A stretch of 63,920 bases of DNA, the filler included, from Octopus bimaculoides (lineage: Eukaryota): the NCBI RefSeq assembly GCF_001194135.2. It is 7 parts of 7 records of this genome, joined end to end, with 100 filler letters (N's around TTAATTAATTAA, not from the genome) between each part and the next. Parts side by side here need not be neighbours in the genome. Positions count along the whole stretch, not along the records: positions 22,188 to 38,709 come from NC_068988.1; 6 more parts are not named here. One strand, 5' to 3'. Position 1 is the first letter of the stretch. Each line of letters starts with the position of its first letter. Positions 23,955 through 37,130 of the stretch are shown here, in pieces. A model generated the notes under the pieces. That model was not told the origin of the DNA, did not search any database, and saw only the letters and a list, made by a program, of their open reading frames with translations. The position numbers and the translations under genes are program-made.

Positions 23955-24476
23955 ACAGACACACGTATGCACACACATTTATATATACACATACAGGTAT
24001 ATGCAGACGTACATACACAACCACGCACACACATATGTATATTACATGGGAAAATGCGAGGAGCAAGAAAAATAATAGTCTTATGATTATAAACCTGAAA
24101 AAATGCAGGACAAGTTATTACACCTGGAAACGTACAGGACAAGTTATTACATCTGGTAAAGTACAGAGCAAGAAATTTTTTTTACTTAAAACATTGCAGC
24201 TAAGGATAAAATTTGAATATTAAAAATTATTTGATTTTAATTCACAAAGTAACATTATAATTTAAAAAAGGTACCATCATTTTGTTAAAATATTGACACA
24301 CTAGAATATTTTAAAAATGAGAACCAGAAGTACCAATATAGTACCATGTCCGGCATGCTAAAGATTCTGCCATCTTGCCTTCTTATCTAAATTAATCCTA
24401 TATTAAGAAGTTGAATGACAGATTGGTGATCGGTAGAATGCCTGCTAACTGTCTTATATTTGCCTACGTATCATAG

Positions 24477-24975
24477 GGTGAAGGCGCATGGCTCAGTGGT
24501 TAGAGTGTCGAGCTTACGATCGTGAGGTTGTGAGTTCGAATCCCGGACCGGGCTACGTGTTGTGTTCTTGAGCAAGACACTTTATTTCACGTTGCTCCAG
24601 TTCACTCAGCTGTAGAAATGAGTTGCGACGTCACAGGTGCCAAGCTGTATCGGCCCCTTTGCCATTCCCTTGGATCACACTGGTGGCGTGGAGAGGGGAG
24701 GCCCGTATGCATGGACGACTGCCGGTCTTCCATAAACAACCTTGCCCGGACCTGTGCCTCGGAGGGTAACTTTCTAGGTGCAATCCCATGGTCAGTCATG
24801 GCCGNNNNNNNNNNACCTTTGCCTTTCTCTTGGATAACACTGGAGGCGTGGAGAGGGGAGGCCCGTATGCATGGACGACTGCCGGTCTTCCATAAACAAC
24901 CTTGCCCGGACCTGTGCCTCGGAGGGTAACTTTCTAGGTGCAATCCCATGGTCAGTCATGGCCGAAGGGGGTCTC
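24477..24975 (+). mobile_element. tRNA-derived SINE family C with duplicated 3' half
   Basis: A box tggctcagtgg, B box gagttcgaatcc, CORE-like cttgagcaagacactt. The 3' block of about 150 bp is repeated across a 10-N gap. Confidence 0.9.
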
Positions 24976-25189
24976 AGCATCATAGGGTTCTGAGTTCAAG
25001 CCCGCCGGTAACTTCTTAACATGTTATCCTTCCCAGGTCGATCGAGTAAATATCAGTTAAGAACAAGAATAGATCCAATCAATTTTATCTCTTTCCAGAG
25101 ACTTTTCCTCATGAGTCCATGCTAAACATCATCATCAGCGACAGTACCGTTATTATTATTGTTGCTGTTGTTGTTATTATTATTATTAT

Positions 25190-25740
25190 TATAAATAATG
25201 AGTGATACTGGGGTACAAATATACGAAGCCAAATATACCCATCACGAATAATCCGTCTGATAAGGGTACACCAAGCACATGCATCACAACCATTTGTGCG
25301 CGACATAAGGATCTCATGTCAAGATAAACAGCGCATGACCTTGCAGGTGGGGCCCAGTTAGAATTTTCTTCAGGTTGAGTAACCCATCCCGCTCAAAAAG
25401 GTCCCTGAATAAGGTTTGTTTAAAGATGATGCACACCCATGTTTCCAGAGGTGAATTATTCAAATTCCAAAGAATTCCTCTCAACACATGGCTATGATGC
25501 GTCCCCATTACTTCTGCTCGGGATCAGGGATGCACATATCGTCAGTCACCGAGAGTCATGCTCAACTGGTTATGGTCAAGAAACTGACAAGCATATCTGT
25601 GGTATTGAGCAGAATATTTGCTGTAGCCCATCGTTTTATACCAAGACAAAACAAGTACATGATAACACTTCCAATCAGCTAAGATCAGAAGTCATGAGGG
25701 CCACTGCTTGGTACTGCATCAGGGCATATTATTATCAGAT
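25190..25740 (-). mobile_element. Unclassified interspersed repeat (550 bp); a second partial copy in the opposite orientation at 31875-32210
   Basis: Shared blocks gatgggctacagcaaatattctg, ttgaataattcacctctgg and cttattcagggaccttttgagcg. Confidence 0.75.
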
Positions 25741-25779
25741 GAAAACTCTCACCTTACTTTGCATAGTATGATGGAAGGT

Positions 25780-26180
25780 GTCAGTTGCCCGCAGCCAGCA
25801 GACTAAGGTGACACTTTAGTATTATTAACCGAGGTCGACTTTGCCTTTCATCCTTTCGTGCACTGGGGTCGATGTAATCGACTGTTCCCCTCCCCCCGCC
25901 CCAAATTCCAGGCTTTGTGCCTATAGTAGAAGTTATTATTATTATTATTATCATTATTATTACTACTACCAGGCGGCGTGCTGGCAGAATCGTTAGCACG
26001 CCGGGCAAAGTGCATAGCGGCATTTCGTCTGTCTTCACATTCTGAGTTCAAATTAGACGGGTTCGACTTTGCCTTTCATCCTTTCGAGGTCGGTAAATTA
26101 AGTACTAGTTGAGTACTAGGGTCGATGTAATCGACTATCCCCTCCTCCAAATTTCAGGCCTTGTGCCTATAGTAGAAAAG

Positions 26181-26218
<38 letters not shown>

Positions 26219-26230
26219 TACTATTATTAT
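25780..26230 (+). mobile_element. Tandem SINE family D copies with (TTA)n tails
   Basis: gtcgactttgcctttcatcctttcg..ggggtcgatgtaatcgac..aggc.ttgtgcctatagtagaa occurs twice. Confidence 0.85.
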
Positions 26231-26349
26231 TAGTTCAATCATAATTTTCATGGTCCTTTTTCTTTGTTTCGTCCATTGTATAACGGCCATACTGGGGCAC
26301 CACGCCGAAGTATCTAGTTGATCAAATCGATTTCACTACGTTGCTTTAA

Positions 26350-26438
26350 AAAAGAGTTGATGCTTATTCCTTCGGTCCCTGTTGCTGGAGACGTAAACAA
26401 ACCCGATACCAATTGCCAGACAGTGTTGGACACACACA

Positions 26439-26469
<31 letters not shown>

Positions 26470-26645
26470 GCGGCGGGCTTTTGTCTTTCACAGTTTCCGT
26501 CGACCAAATTCATTTCCAAGGCATTAGCCAACCCGGGCCTATTGTAGTAGATACTTGCACAAGGTGTCACGCAGTGGGATTGAACCCAAAACCACGTGGC
26601 TGCAAAGCAAGCTTCTTAACGATGCAGTCATGCTAGCGCCTGTCT
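26350..26645 (-). mobile_element. SINE family A, diverged but CpG-retaining
   Basis: Head, internal microsatellite and part of the 3' module. Confidence 0.7.
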
Positions 26646-27894
26646 TCGTGATAAATCGTTAAAGTAAATATTTTCTCGCAAACAATGAACGATTTATGTT
26701 CGTCGCCATTTTTTCTTTTTCAGATTTATTACTCAATTGTTTACAAGGGACTTAGCAAAAGTATACTGTTTCGGCGTCGTTGAGACTTAATATTTTGCTT
26801 GGTAATCGTTTGATGTTTGGCTCAGAGAAATGAAGCTGTAGCTAGGCATCTAGTGTATTGATATATCGTAATTTTAAATACTTTGAGGTAAGCTGGGCTT
26901 GGGGAAATATATAATCTTAACTTTTAGAACTTGTGAATTAATGTTAAACACAGTATTGACTATTAAAATCATCACATTTAGAAATGAAGTCAATTGCAAG
27001 TCGTATAAATATATTGGCGTTTCAGTATATTTAAGATTATATTATATATTATAAACTTCCTTTTCTTTAAAGAGAGGGAGGTGGGCTTTCATGGAGACTG
27101 GTTGCTTTTCCAGCAGGCTAAGCAACTATGAAAAGGTCCTTTTATACACACACATAATCGACAGATACACATACGTATACAGACATAAGTACATATGCTT
27201 ACAAATACACATGTATACATCTATGAATATGAACACACACAAACACACGCACATATACCTACTCACATTATAGGTTTGGTAGCACAAATAAGAAAAATAA
27301 AATTTAATACATGCTTTAAGATATATATACTATTTTACTGTTGTTAATCGGTAGAAATTAGAAAAGTGACTCAAGACCCGAGAGTTATTGTGCATAGCAC
27401 GATAAGTACAATGCGCAATAACTCAACAATTCTGATGATTAGAAAAGTGTGATGGTTGCTTTAATCAAATACTGCCTCAATTGTGCATAGCGGACTTTTG
27501 ATTAACCGGGCGGCTATTCGCAACATCAGTGAATGTTTTATTCACCCCCCACCCCACCATATCAGAGACGATGAATTCTCGTGTAAGCTGCGAGTAAACG
27601 CCATTGAAAAGGCTGAATTATATCTGGCGTTCTTGCTGATCACTGTTGCAATAATTTCCTTCTGTCTCTGATATTTATTGTTTTTAACAGAGCAATTCCA
27701 TAAAAGTTGTCATCTCAGAATAGATACTACGGTAGCTGGTCTTTCGAAATTGCATGTGTATTAGATATGATACTTAGATGGCTTACACAGGCGCGCGCGT
27801 GTATTAAGCCATTCTAGAAACCTGAAAGAAACGGGCTCCGTCAGGGACCTACGTGAAACTTCAAGTAGCACGGAAACCGAATGTAACTGTTTTA

Positions 27895-27940
<46 letters not shown>

Positions 27941-28698
27941 GTATGCTTGCGTAGATCACATATAACACATATCTAAATATATATGATTTCTAACTCCTTA
28001 TAAAAATTCCAGTTTTATACAAGGAATTCAGTGTTTAATTCAGCAAATGAGTGCTATTTTGATGTTAGGCAAGCATAATTTCCCCTATCATTTAAGTTCG
28101 AATTAATTATAGCCGCATAGCGATAGTAATTTTGCGTTCCGTTATTTCAGCTCTGTAATGCATTAAAAATATACAGACTAAGGAGGCGTAAGTCAAACTG
28201 CTTTTGTTATATCCCTTTAAAAAGCATTCCTCGCAACATGTATTTATGAACTAAAAAGGAGACGCATCCCCACTCCACTCTCTCAGTATATCTGGAGTTT
28301 AAAGGACTGTAATATTAAAATTACTTGGTTCCTAAGAGAACGCATTTTCCCGTGCATTAATGACTCTAGCAACATAATGTATATATAATAAGATATACAT
28401 TTATATAATAATGTATGCATTTGTCGGAGAAGTATAATATCCTGTTGAAGCCGTTTATAATTTTGAACAGAAGCCTGGAATTCTTACAGACACTCACGTC
28501 GATATTTATTGAGAAATTTACAGCGAACAATTTAGTTAAACTATTCTATTTTGCATATGAGAGATCTGCTATATTATAAAAAATATCACGCAAGTATTGA
28601 AAACTATTCAGTTATTCAACAACGCTAAAAAATAAGAGAATTGTGTTTGTATTCTATTTTCACCTACAGCTAGTCTTTTTAATACTTAAATATATTCC

Positions 28699-28737
<39 letters not shown>

Positions 28738-28910
28738 TTCTACTATAGGCACAAGGCCTGAAATTGTTGGGAGAGGAGTAAGTCGATTGCACCTACCCCA
28801 GTGCTCAAATGGTATTTATTTTATCGACCCCAAAACTATGAAAGGCCAAGTCAAGCCTTAGCGGCATTTGAACTCAGAACGTAAAACCAGAAGAAACACC
28901 GCTAAGCTTT
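28738..28910 (-). mobile_element. SINE family D
   Basis: Family motifs and (TAA)n tail. Confidence 0.8.
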
Positions 28911-29233
28911 TTTAGTTTCAAATTTTGGTAAAGATTTAGAGGTTAAGAAAAAAGCGTATTGGCATTGCCTTCACCACTGACTAAAAAAATAACTAAAAAA
29001 ATACTACCCACATGTATATAATTATATCTACATGTATAATACTTATATACATAACCATGTACATACACGCAAACACACCTACACATCTATACATGCGAAT
29101 TGGCATATACACACACATCTTTACTCATTATAAGTACATATAGATATGCATACATACACATCTATGAAGACATGCGTTTATATACACATACATACATACG
29201 CGTATGTATGTATGTATGTATGTATGTATGTAT

Positions 29234-29815
29234 AAAAGAAATATAAAGACTTGCTGAAGGTTTCCTTGAGAGATGCCAACATCTCTCCTAACACGTGGGA
29301 AGGCATAGCTACTGACCGTGGCAGGTGGAGAAGGATTGTGAATGAGAGGACAACTACTTTTGAGAAATCACGAATTGCACATGAGAAATTAAGGAGGGAT
29401 GTCAGGAAGGGCATCGTTGTTGCACTTCCAGATGGTAAGGGTCTTCATATGACACTGACATGCAGTGTCTGTGCAAGACCGTGCCTCAGTAGAGCTGGAC
29501 TCATGAGTCATCTTCGTAGTCATAAAGCAAGTCCGATGGTTGACTACCAGGCCGCTGGTGGTGGTGCTACACACCATACTAATCCTGTCTGTCGGGCATG
29601 TGGAAGGGAGTGTGATTCAGCAGGAGGACTTAAACGACACGCAAAGGTACATGGAGCCCAGTTAGAACAACAGCCAGCTATTGCCAGTAAAGGTTTTGGA
29701 TGCCAACTCTGTGCAAGACATTGTAGATCTTTGGCTGGGCTAAAAAGTCGCATTCGATCACAGCACCGTTAAGTTAAGCTTCGTGCAATGGCCATACTCG
29801 ATAACGAGGAGGCTA
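29234..29815 (+). mobile_element. 5'-truncated RTE-clade LINE; ORF2 C-terminus with three C2H2-type zinc fingers
   Basis: KYKDLLKVSLRDANISPNTWEGIATDRGRWRRIV is RTE/BovB-like. C-x2-C-x12-H-x3-H starts at 29461 and 29590; a third finger at 29701 has H to R. The ORF is open for 173 codons. Confidence 0.85.
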
Positions 29816-31369
29816 CCCGGGATTAAGTTAGGATTATTAAGCTAATCAAGTTATTTATTTCAAACTAAACTAAGTAGCATCGACGTCAAATTTGGGCGNN
29901 NNNNNNNNNNNNNNNNNNNNNNNNNNNNNNNNNNNNNNNNNNNNNNNNNNNNNNNNNNNNNNNNNNNNNNNNNNNNNNNNNNNNNNNNNNNNNNNNNNNN
30001 NNNNNNNNNNNNNNNNNNNNNNNNNNNNNNNNNNNNNNNNNNNNNNNNNNNNNNNNNNNNNNNNNNNNNNNNNNNNNNNNNNNNNNNNNNNNNNNNNNNN
30101 NNNNNNNNNNNNNNNNNNNNNNNNNNNNNNNNNNNNNNNNNNNNNNNNNNNNNNNNNNNNNNNNNNNNNNNNNNNNNNNNNNNNNNNNNNNNNNNNNNNN
30201 NNNNNNNNNNNNNNNNNNNNNNNNNNNNNNNNNNNNNNNNNNNNNNNNNNNNNNNNNNNNNNNNNNNNNNNNNNNNNNNNNNNNNNNNNNNNNNNNNNNN
30301 NNNNNNNNNNNNNNNNNNNNNNNNNNNNNNNNNNNNNNNNNNNNNNNNNNNNNNNNNNNNNNNNNNNNNNNNNNNNNNNNNNNNNNNNNNNNNNNNNNNN
30401 NNNNNNNNNNNNNNNNNNNNNNNNNNNNNNNNNNNNNNNNNNNNNNNNNNNNNNNNNNNNNNNNNNNNNNNNNNNNNNNNNNNNNNNNNNNNNNNNNNNN
30501 NNNNNNNNNNNNNNNNNNNNNNNNNNNNNNNNNNNNNNNNNNNNNNNNNNNNNNNNNNNNNNNNNNNNNNNNNNNNNNNNNNNNNNNNNNNNNNNNNNNN
30601 NNNNNNNNNNNNNNNNNNNNNNNNNNNNNNNNNNNNNNNNNNNNNNNNNNNNNNNNNNNNNNNNNNNNNNNNNNNNNNNNNNNNNNNNNNNNNNNNNNNN
30701 NNNNNNNNNNNNNNNNNNNNNNNNNNNNNNNNNNGTTCGTACGTACACCTAATGCATACATGTTTTTTGTACGCATACATGTTCGTGTGTGTGTGGGTGG
30801 GTGTATTGCTCGTATATCAACAAAACACTTTAACAGAAACTTACTGGTCGCTAGAAGGGGACTTAACACTTGTTTGTAAACAATTGTAATTTCTCCGACT
30901 TGAAAACTGTTAAAGTTTTGGTTGAAAATTTATTTTTACTACTATTCGCTGGTACCTCTGGGAAAAATAAGTTGACGAGAATACAGCTAGGGTCATGACG
31001 AATGTCCTGCTAAAATTGGAGCGACATGCGTGCTAATTTGTGGACGGGCATAAATTACATTCACGTACACACACATTCTGCCTTTTATATATACAGACAC
31101 ACACAAACACATCTACGTATATATGCGTATCTGTACGCGTATACACACACATACACATTGCTACATATACATACACCTGCACACATACGTAAATATATTA
31201 AGTATTTCACGTGAGACGGACAAATAGTGGGTCTGTCAAGTGTTCGTACTTCAACAAGAGGTTATTTCGGAAACTTAAACACAGGATTGGTTTCCAGATA
31301 CTTAAGAGTTCTATGACGTTCCTACTGCTACTTCGCATACTTTTCCTCCTCCACTTCTACGGAATTTGA

Positions 31370-31845
31370 ACAAAGAACGTGAAGATGGATGAAATGCTGC
31401 AAAGTATTTTGTCTGGCGTGCTAACGATTCTGCCAGCTCGCCGCCTTAATAAAAGTAATAATAATAATAATGATCCTTTCTACTAAAGGCACAAGGCCTA
31501 AAATTTGGGGGGTAGGGGTTTAGTCGATTACATCGATCCCAACGTTTCGTTTGTAGTTAATTTATCGACCCCGAAATTATAAAAGGTAAAGTCGACTTCG
31601 GCGGAATTTGAACTCTGAAAGTAAGACGGGCGAAATGTCGCTAAGCATTTCATTCCGCGTGCTAACAATTCTACCAATGATAATAATAATCCTTTCTACT
31701 ATAGACACAAGGCCTGAAATTTTGGTGGAGTGGACTCGAAAGGATGAAATGCAAAGTCGACCTCGGTGGAATTTGAACTCAGAACGTAAGACGGGCGAAA
31801 TGTCGCTAAGCATTTTACTAGGCGTGCTAACGATTCTGCCAATGA
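31370..31845 (-). mobile_element. Cluster of three SINE family D copies
   Basis: gtcgac.tcgg.ggaatttgaactc repeated, with intervening (TAA)n. Confidence 0.85.
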
Positions 31846-32270
31846 TGATGATGATGATGATGATGATAAGAAGAAATGCCATCATGTAATACCAAGTAAT
31901 AACTCTCATGGCTTCTGATCATAATTGATTAGAAATGTTATCATGTATATGTTTTGTCTTGGTGCAAAAGATGGGCTACAGCAAATATTCTGTTCAATAC
32001 CACAGAGTTGCTTATCAGTTGCTTGACCGTAACCAGTTGAGAATGTCCCTTATATCTTATGTACATCTCTGATCACGAGCAGGAGTCGTGGGGGAGTATC
32101 TTAGCTTTGTGTTGAGAGGGATTCTTTGAGATTTGAATAATTCACCTCTGGTAACATAGATGCTTCGTTCACCATACTTGAATAATCCTTATTCAGGGAC
32201 CTTTTGAGCGCTAAACAATTTTCCTGGCGTATTAACGGTTTTGCCAGCTCGCCGCCTCAATAATAATAAC

Positions 32271-32332
<62 letters not shown>

Positions 32333-32439
32333 CGATGATGATGATGATTTCTTTTATTAGTCGCAGAGTTTACATAAAAGACGAAGAGAAAGAAATGGAA
32401 AAGATGGTGTAATCAAAGTATGTGTTAATATGAATGACG

Positions 32440-33225
32440 CGATCCTTTTCATTCAGGAGAAACTCCAGCTAGGGCCGCTCAAAGAACCCCACTGATCCAG
32501 AATTACCCTGACCTCCAAAGACATGAGTTCTCGCCCAGCTGTTACTATCCAATCTACAGGCGCATGCTCAGAGTAGAGCCATTCACGCAAACCATTTTTG
32601 ACACGATCACCCATTTCCCCCACAAATTCACTGGGAGGTAGCGCTTCTCTTTCCACCCTCTTTCCACCCTCTTTCTTCCCAAGTAGAACGAAGGTTTGAC
32701 AAAAGCGGAAGGTGTCTTTCCTCAAAACTTTCAACCTCGTTCACTACACAGCCTTTTTTGCCGTAGTCATTAGACAGAGAGACACCGCCTGCCTTGCTAA
32801 AGATGGATGGTGAGGCGATCCTCACGATGGATTCGGCCGATAGTCGGATTCGTTCCATACGCAACAGATTTTCTGCTGTTCGACACAACTTCACAAGTCA
32901 GCAAATGCTCGGACACTATACAAGTGCGTCCAGTATGGTTTCGACACTCTGCGCGCAGCTTGAACAATTCCCAACCCCCTATCCGGTACCGGTGGAGTTT
33001 ATCTCGAACCGGCAGTGCTCCAAGGTAGCACTGTGAGGCTCGGGCTTCCGGGAAATTATCTGTGGCAGTACCGGGCTCGGAAGTTCTCCAAAATAGACCA
33101 GCCTTGTGTTTCTCCGAGAACATCGTCGCTCTTGCCCATTACTAGATTACGAAATTTTGCTAACGTAGGGCTTCCTCCAACTTCATTACTCGACTGGTAG
33201 TAGAGGGCAGTGAGCGACTGATGGT
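32440..33225 (-). mobile_element. Tx1/L1-type LINE 3' end with decayed C-terminal zinc knuckle
   Basis: CYLGALPVRDKLHRY..CSSCAQSVETILDALV*CPS..RIRLSAESIVRIA..RVEREALPPSEFV across frameshifts. Confidence 0.75.
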
Positions 33226-33229
33226 CTTT

Positions 33230-33660
33230 TGTACTATAGGCACAAGGCCTCAAATGAGATGAGGATAGTCAATTACACCGATCCCAGTCCTTCCTATTTT
33301 ATAAACTTCGAAAGGAGGAAAAGCAAAGTCAACAAAATTTTAATTCAGGACGTAAAACTGGAAGAAATGCTTCTGAGCATTTTGTCCGACTCTCTAACGA
33401 TTCTACCAGTACTTTTTTTACAAAAGGCACTAAGCCTATAATTTGAGGGAGGTGGGAGGGGGCTAGTCAATTATATCTATCTCACAGCTTCGCTAGTACT
33501 TACTGACCCCCGGAAGGTTATAAAGCTTCGGCAATGTTTGAACTCAGACAGTAAAGCGCACTAAAAAATGCTGCTAAGCCCGGCGTGCTAACTATTCGGC
33601 CAGTTCGCCGCCTTAATGGTATTGATTATAATTCGTTTAGATTCTATTCTACAGGCATGC
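33230..33660 (-). mobile_element. Two diverged SINE family D copies
   Basis: Family motifs. Confidence 0.65.
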
Positions 33661-33668
33661 ATACCCCC

Positions 33669-33732
<64 letters not shown>

Positions 33733-34088
33733 GTCTGTTTGTATGTCTGTCTGTCTCTCTACGTGATGTTATTAATTTAGTCATGGCCTGGACTAATTTT
33801 GGCCGAAACCTATGTAAGAAACTCTCTCTATATACGTGTGTGCGCGCACGCGCACGTGTGTGTGTGTGTGTGTGTGGCGAAAGAGGAAGTACTTATTGAA
33901 CAATAATGCACACGCGTGTGATGAGAGTTTGTGTGTGGATGGGGAAGGTCTGAGGGCGAATCGGTGTGTACCGAAGTAGATAAGTGTTTGGTGGGATTGA
34001 ACAAACAATACATGTCTTGTATTAATTAAAAAAAGGTTAAGTGTTAATGGTGACACGAAAAAGAATTCAAATTGCGCCCACATACACA

Positions 34089-34128
<40 letters not shown>

Positions 34129-34228
34129 NNNNNNNNNNNNNNNNNNNNNNNNNNNNNNNNNNNNNNNNNNNNNNNNNNNNNNNNNNNNNNNNNNNNNNNN
34201 NNNNNNNNNNNNNNNNNNNNNNNNNNNN

Positions 34229-34268
<40 letters not shown>

Positions 34269-35651
34269 AGGTATATACATATATGTATATGTATGTATAC
34301 ATGTATACATATGTATGTATGAATGTATATATATGTATGTATATAAAGAAATATATCTGTATATATATATATATATATATATACATATATATGCATATAT
34401 AAATATGTGTGTGTGTGTGTGTATGCATGCGTGTGTGTGTGTGTGTCTGTGTGTATACATACGCTAGCACAGATGCAGTAACATATATTATATATAGCAC
34501 TGAGATTACTCGACTGAATTAGGGATTTTCGTAATCACCGAAGAAACTCGAAACCCGGAATAGCACCAGGGAGCAATCGTTGCTCTATAATAGATAATTA
34601 ACCTCAATTTAGGTATTGAGTACCTTTCCTGTTGTTTTTTCTTCAACTCACCTATACACGGTATATCTATCTATCTCTCTATCTGCCTATCTATCTACCT
34701 GTCTATTTGCTTATACATCTTCCATTGTCTCCAAAGCCTCACCCCCAAAAAACAAAAAACAAAACAAAACAATGTTCTGTTATAAACAAAACCTCCCAAA
34801 AACACCTGTTTTTATATAAATAAGCTAGATCTCTGTATGTTCACAGTTATATTTGACAAGTTCGAAAGACGAACGAAAGCGCTAATATATGTATAAAATA
34901 AATGAAANNNNNNNNNNNNNNNNNNNNNNNNNNNNNNNNNNNNNNNNNNNNNNNNNNNNNNNNNNNNNNNNNNNNNNNNNNNNNNNNNNNNNNNNNNNNN
35001 NNNNNNNNNNNNNNNNNNNNNNNNNNNNNNNNNNNNNNNNNNNNNNNNNNNNNNNNNNNNNNNNNNNNNNNNNNNNNNNNNNNNNNNNNNNNNNNNNNNN
35101 NNNNNNNNNNNNNNNNNNNNNNNNNNNNNNNNNNNNNNNNNNNNNNNNNNNNNNNNNNNNNNNNNNNNNNNNNNNNNNNNNNNNNNNNNNNNNNNNNNNN
35201 NNNNNNNNNNNNNNNNNNNNNNNNNNNNNNNNNNNNNNNNNNNNNNNNNNNNNNNNNNNNNNNNNNNNNNNNNNNNNNNNNNNNNNNNNNNNNNNNNNNN
35301 NNNNNNNNNNNNNNNNNNNNNNNNNNNNNNNNNNNNNNNNNNNNNNNNNNNNNNNNNNNNNNNNNNNNNNNNNNNNNNNNNNNNNNNNNNNNNNNNNNNN
35401 NNNNNNNNNNNNNNNNNNNNNNNNNNNNNNNNNNNNNNNNNNNNNNNNNNNNNNNNNNNNNNNNNNNNNNNNNNNNNNNNNNNNNNNNNNNNNNNNNNNN
35501 NNNNNNNNNNNNNNNNNNNNNNNNNNNNNNNNNNNNNNNNNNNNNNNNNNNNNNNNNNNNNNNNNNNNNNNNNNNNNNNNNNNNNNNNNNNNNNNNNNNN
35601 NNNNNNNNNNNNNNNNNNNNNNNNNNNNNNNNNNNNNNNNNNNNNNNNNNN

Positions 35652-35705
<54 letters not shown>

Positions 35706-36329
35706 GTGTGTGTGTGCATGACGTAGTTGTAAGAAGGTTATGTGTGTACATATATGTATGCATGTATGTATGTATGTATGTGTGTATGCGATTGTGTCGG
35801 TGTATGTGTGGACGATAGGGGTCAAGCGATAAATACGTGGGTGTGTGGGAGGGAGAATCAATCCGATAGGAGAGAGGAGGGAGAAAAAGCTGCAAATGCA
35901 ATTAACGCTGTCGACTAATTAACACAATTTGCTAAGTCATGTGATACAACATCGTCGCCTATCTTGGAAATAAAACAAAAAAACAACAACAAAAGAGAGA
36001 TAATGATAGCCAAGAGGTAGGAGGTAAAGATAGGTAATGGTAGGAGGTAAAGGTAGGTAATGGTAGGAGGTAAAGGTAGGTAATGGTAGGAGATAGCATA
36101 TTTTGTTCTTTATTTTCCTGTTTTATCGTTGTTGTTGATGTTGGTGTTGTTGACTTCGTTTCATAAATGATAAAGGAAACTGTGACACCCAGCAATACTT
36201 AACGGCACCCAGCGACGCATTGTGACACCTATAACTATGTATTATTTAAGCTTGAAGTATGAATATGTATGCTTATGAAGTATGTTCATATTTATATAAA
36301 TATATAAGTATATTTATATTACTTTGGTT

Positions 36330-36747
36330 ACTCTTTTTACTCTTTTACTTGTTTCAGTCACTTGACTGCGGCCATGCTGGAGCACCGCCTTTAGTCGAGC
36401 AAATCGACCCCGGGACTTATTCTTTGTAAGCCTAGTACTTATTCTATCGGTATCTTTTACCGAACCGCTAAGTGACGGGGACATAAAGACGCCAGCATCA
36501 GTTGTCAAGCAATGCTAGGGGGGGGGGCAAACACAGACACACAAACACAAACACACACACACACATATATATATAGATATATACGACGGGCTTCTTTCAG
36601 TTTCCGTCTATCAAATCTACTCACAAGGCTTTGGTCGGCCCGAGGCTATAGTAGAAGACACTTGCCTAAGAAACCAAGCAGTGGGACTGAACCCGGAACC
36701 ATGTGGTTGGTAAGCAAGCTATTTACCAGACATCCACTCCTACGCCT
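36330..36747 (-). mobile_element. Full-length SINE family A
   Basis: Near-identical to 7591-8033. Confidence 0.9.
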
Positions 36748-36924
36748 CCTGGCTATTTAAGATTTCGAGCTTTCTTGAGGTGTATGGTGTAAGTAGAAAT
36801 TATAAAGCTAGCTGTTAATAGGTACCATGAGAAGGTACAGTCTAGACCAGTCATAGGCAACCTGTGTCCCTTGTTACTTTCTGAATGGCACGCCAAATGA
36901 AAGATTGTTTTCACTATTTGTAGT

Positions 36925-37130
36925 AGTGCAGTTGCCAGAATCGTTAGTATGCTGGGCAAAATACTCAGTGGCATTCCGTCCGTCTGAGTTCAAATTCCGC
37001 CGAAGTCAACTTTATCGTTGATCCTTTCGGGGTCGATGAAATAAGTACCAGTTACGCACATGGGTCGATATAATCGACTGGTCCCCTCCCTTCAAATTTC
37101 AGGCCTTGTGCCAAAATTTGAAACCGATAT
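36925..37130 (+). mobile_element. SINE family D
   Basis: tgccagaatcgttag..ctgagttcaaattccgccgaagtc..tcctttcggggtcgat..aggccttgtgcc. Confidence 0.85.

Noticed and set aside
24815-24964. Tandem duplication of the SINE C 3' half as a biological event
   Set aside because: The duplicate starts exactly at a 10-N gap and is nearly identical; most likely an unmerged contig overlap.
34500-34600. CCGAAGA...GAAA motif and a gagcaatcgttgctc palindrome
   Set aside because: Stem II cannot form, and the termini do not satisfy Helitron rules.
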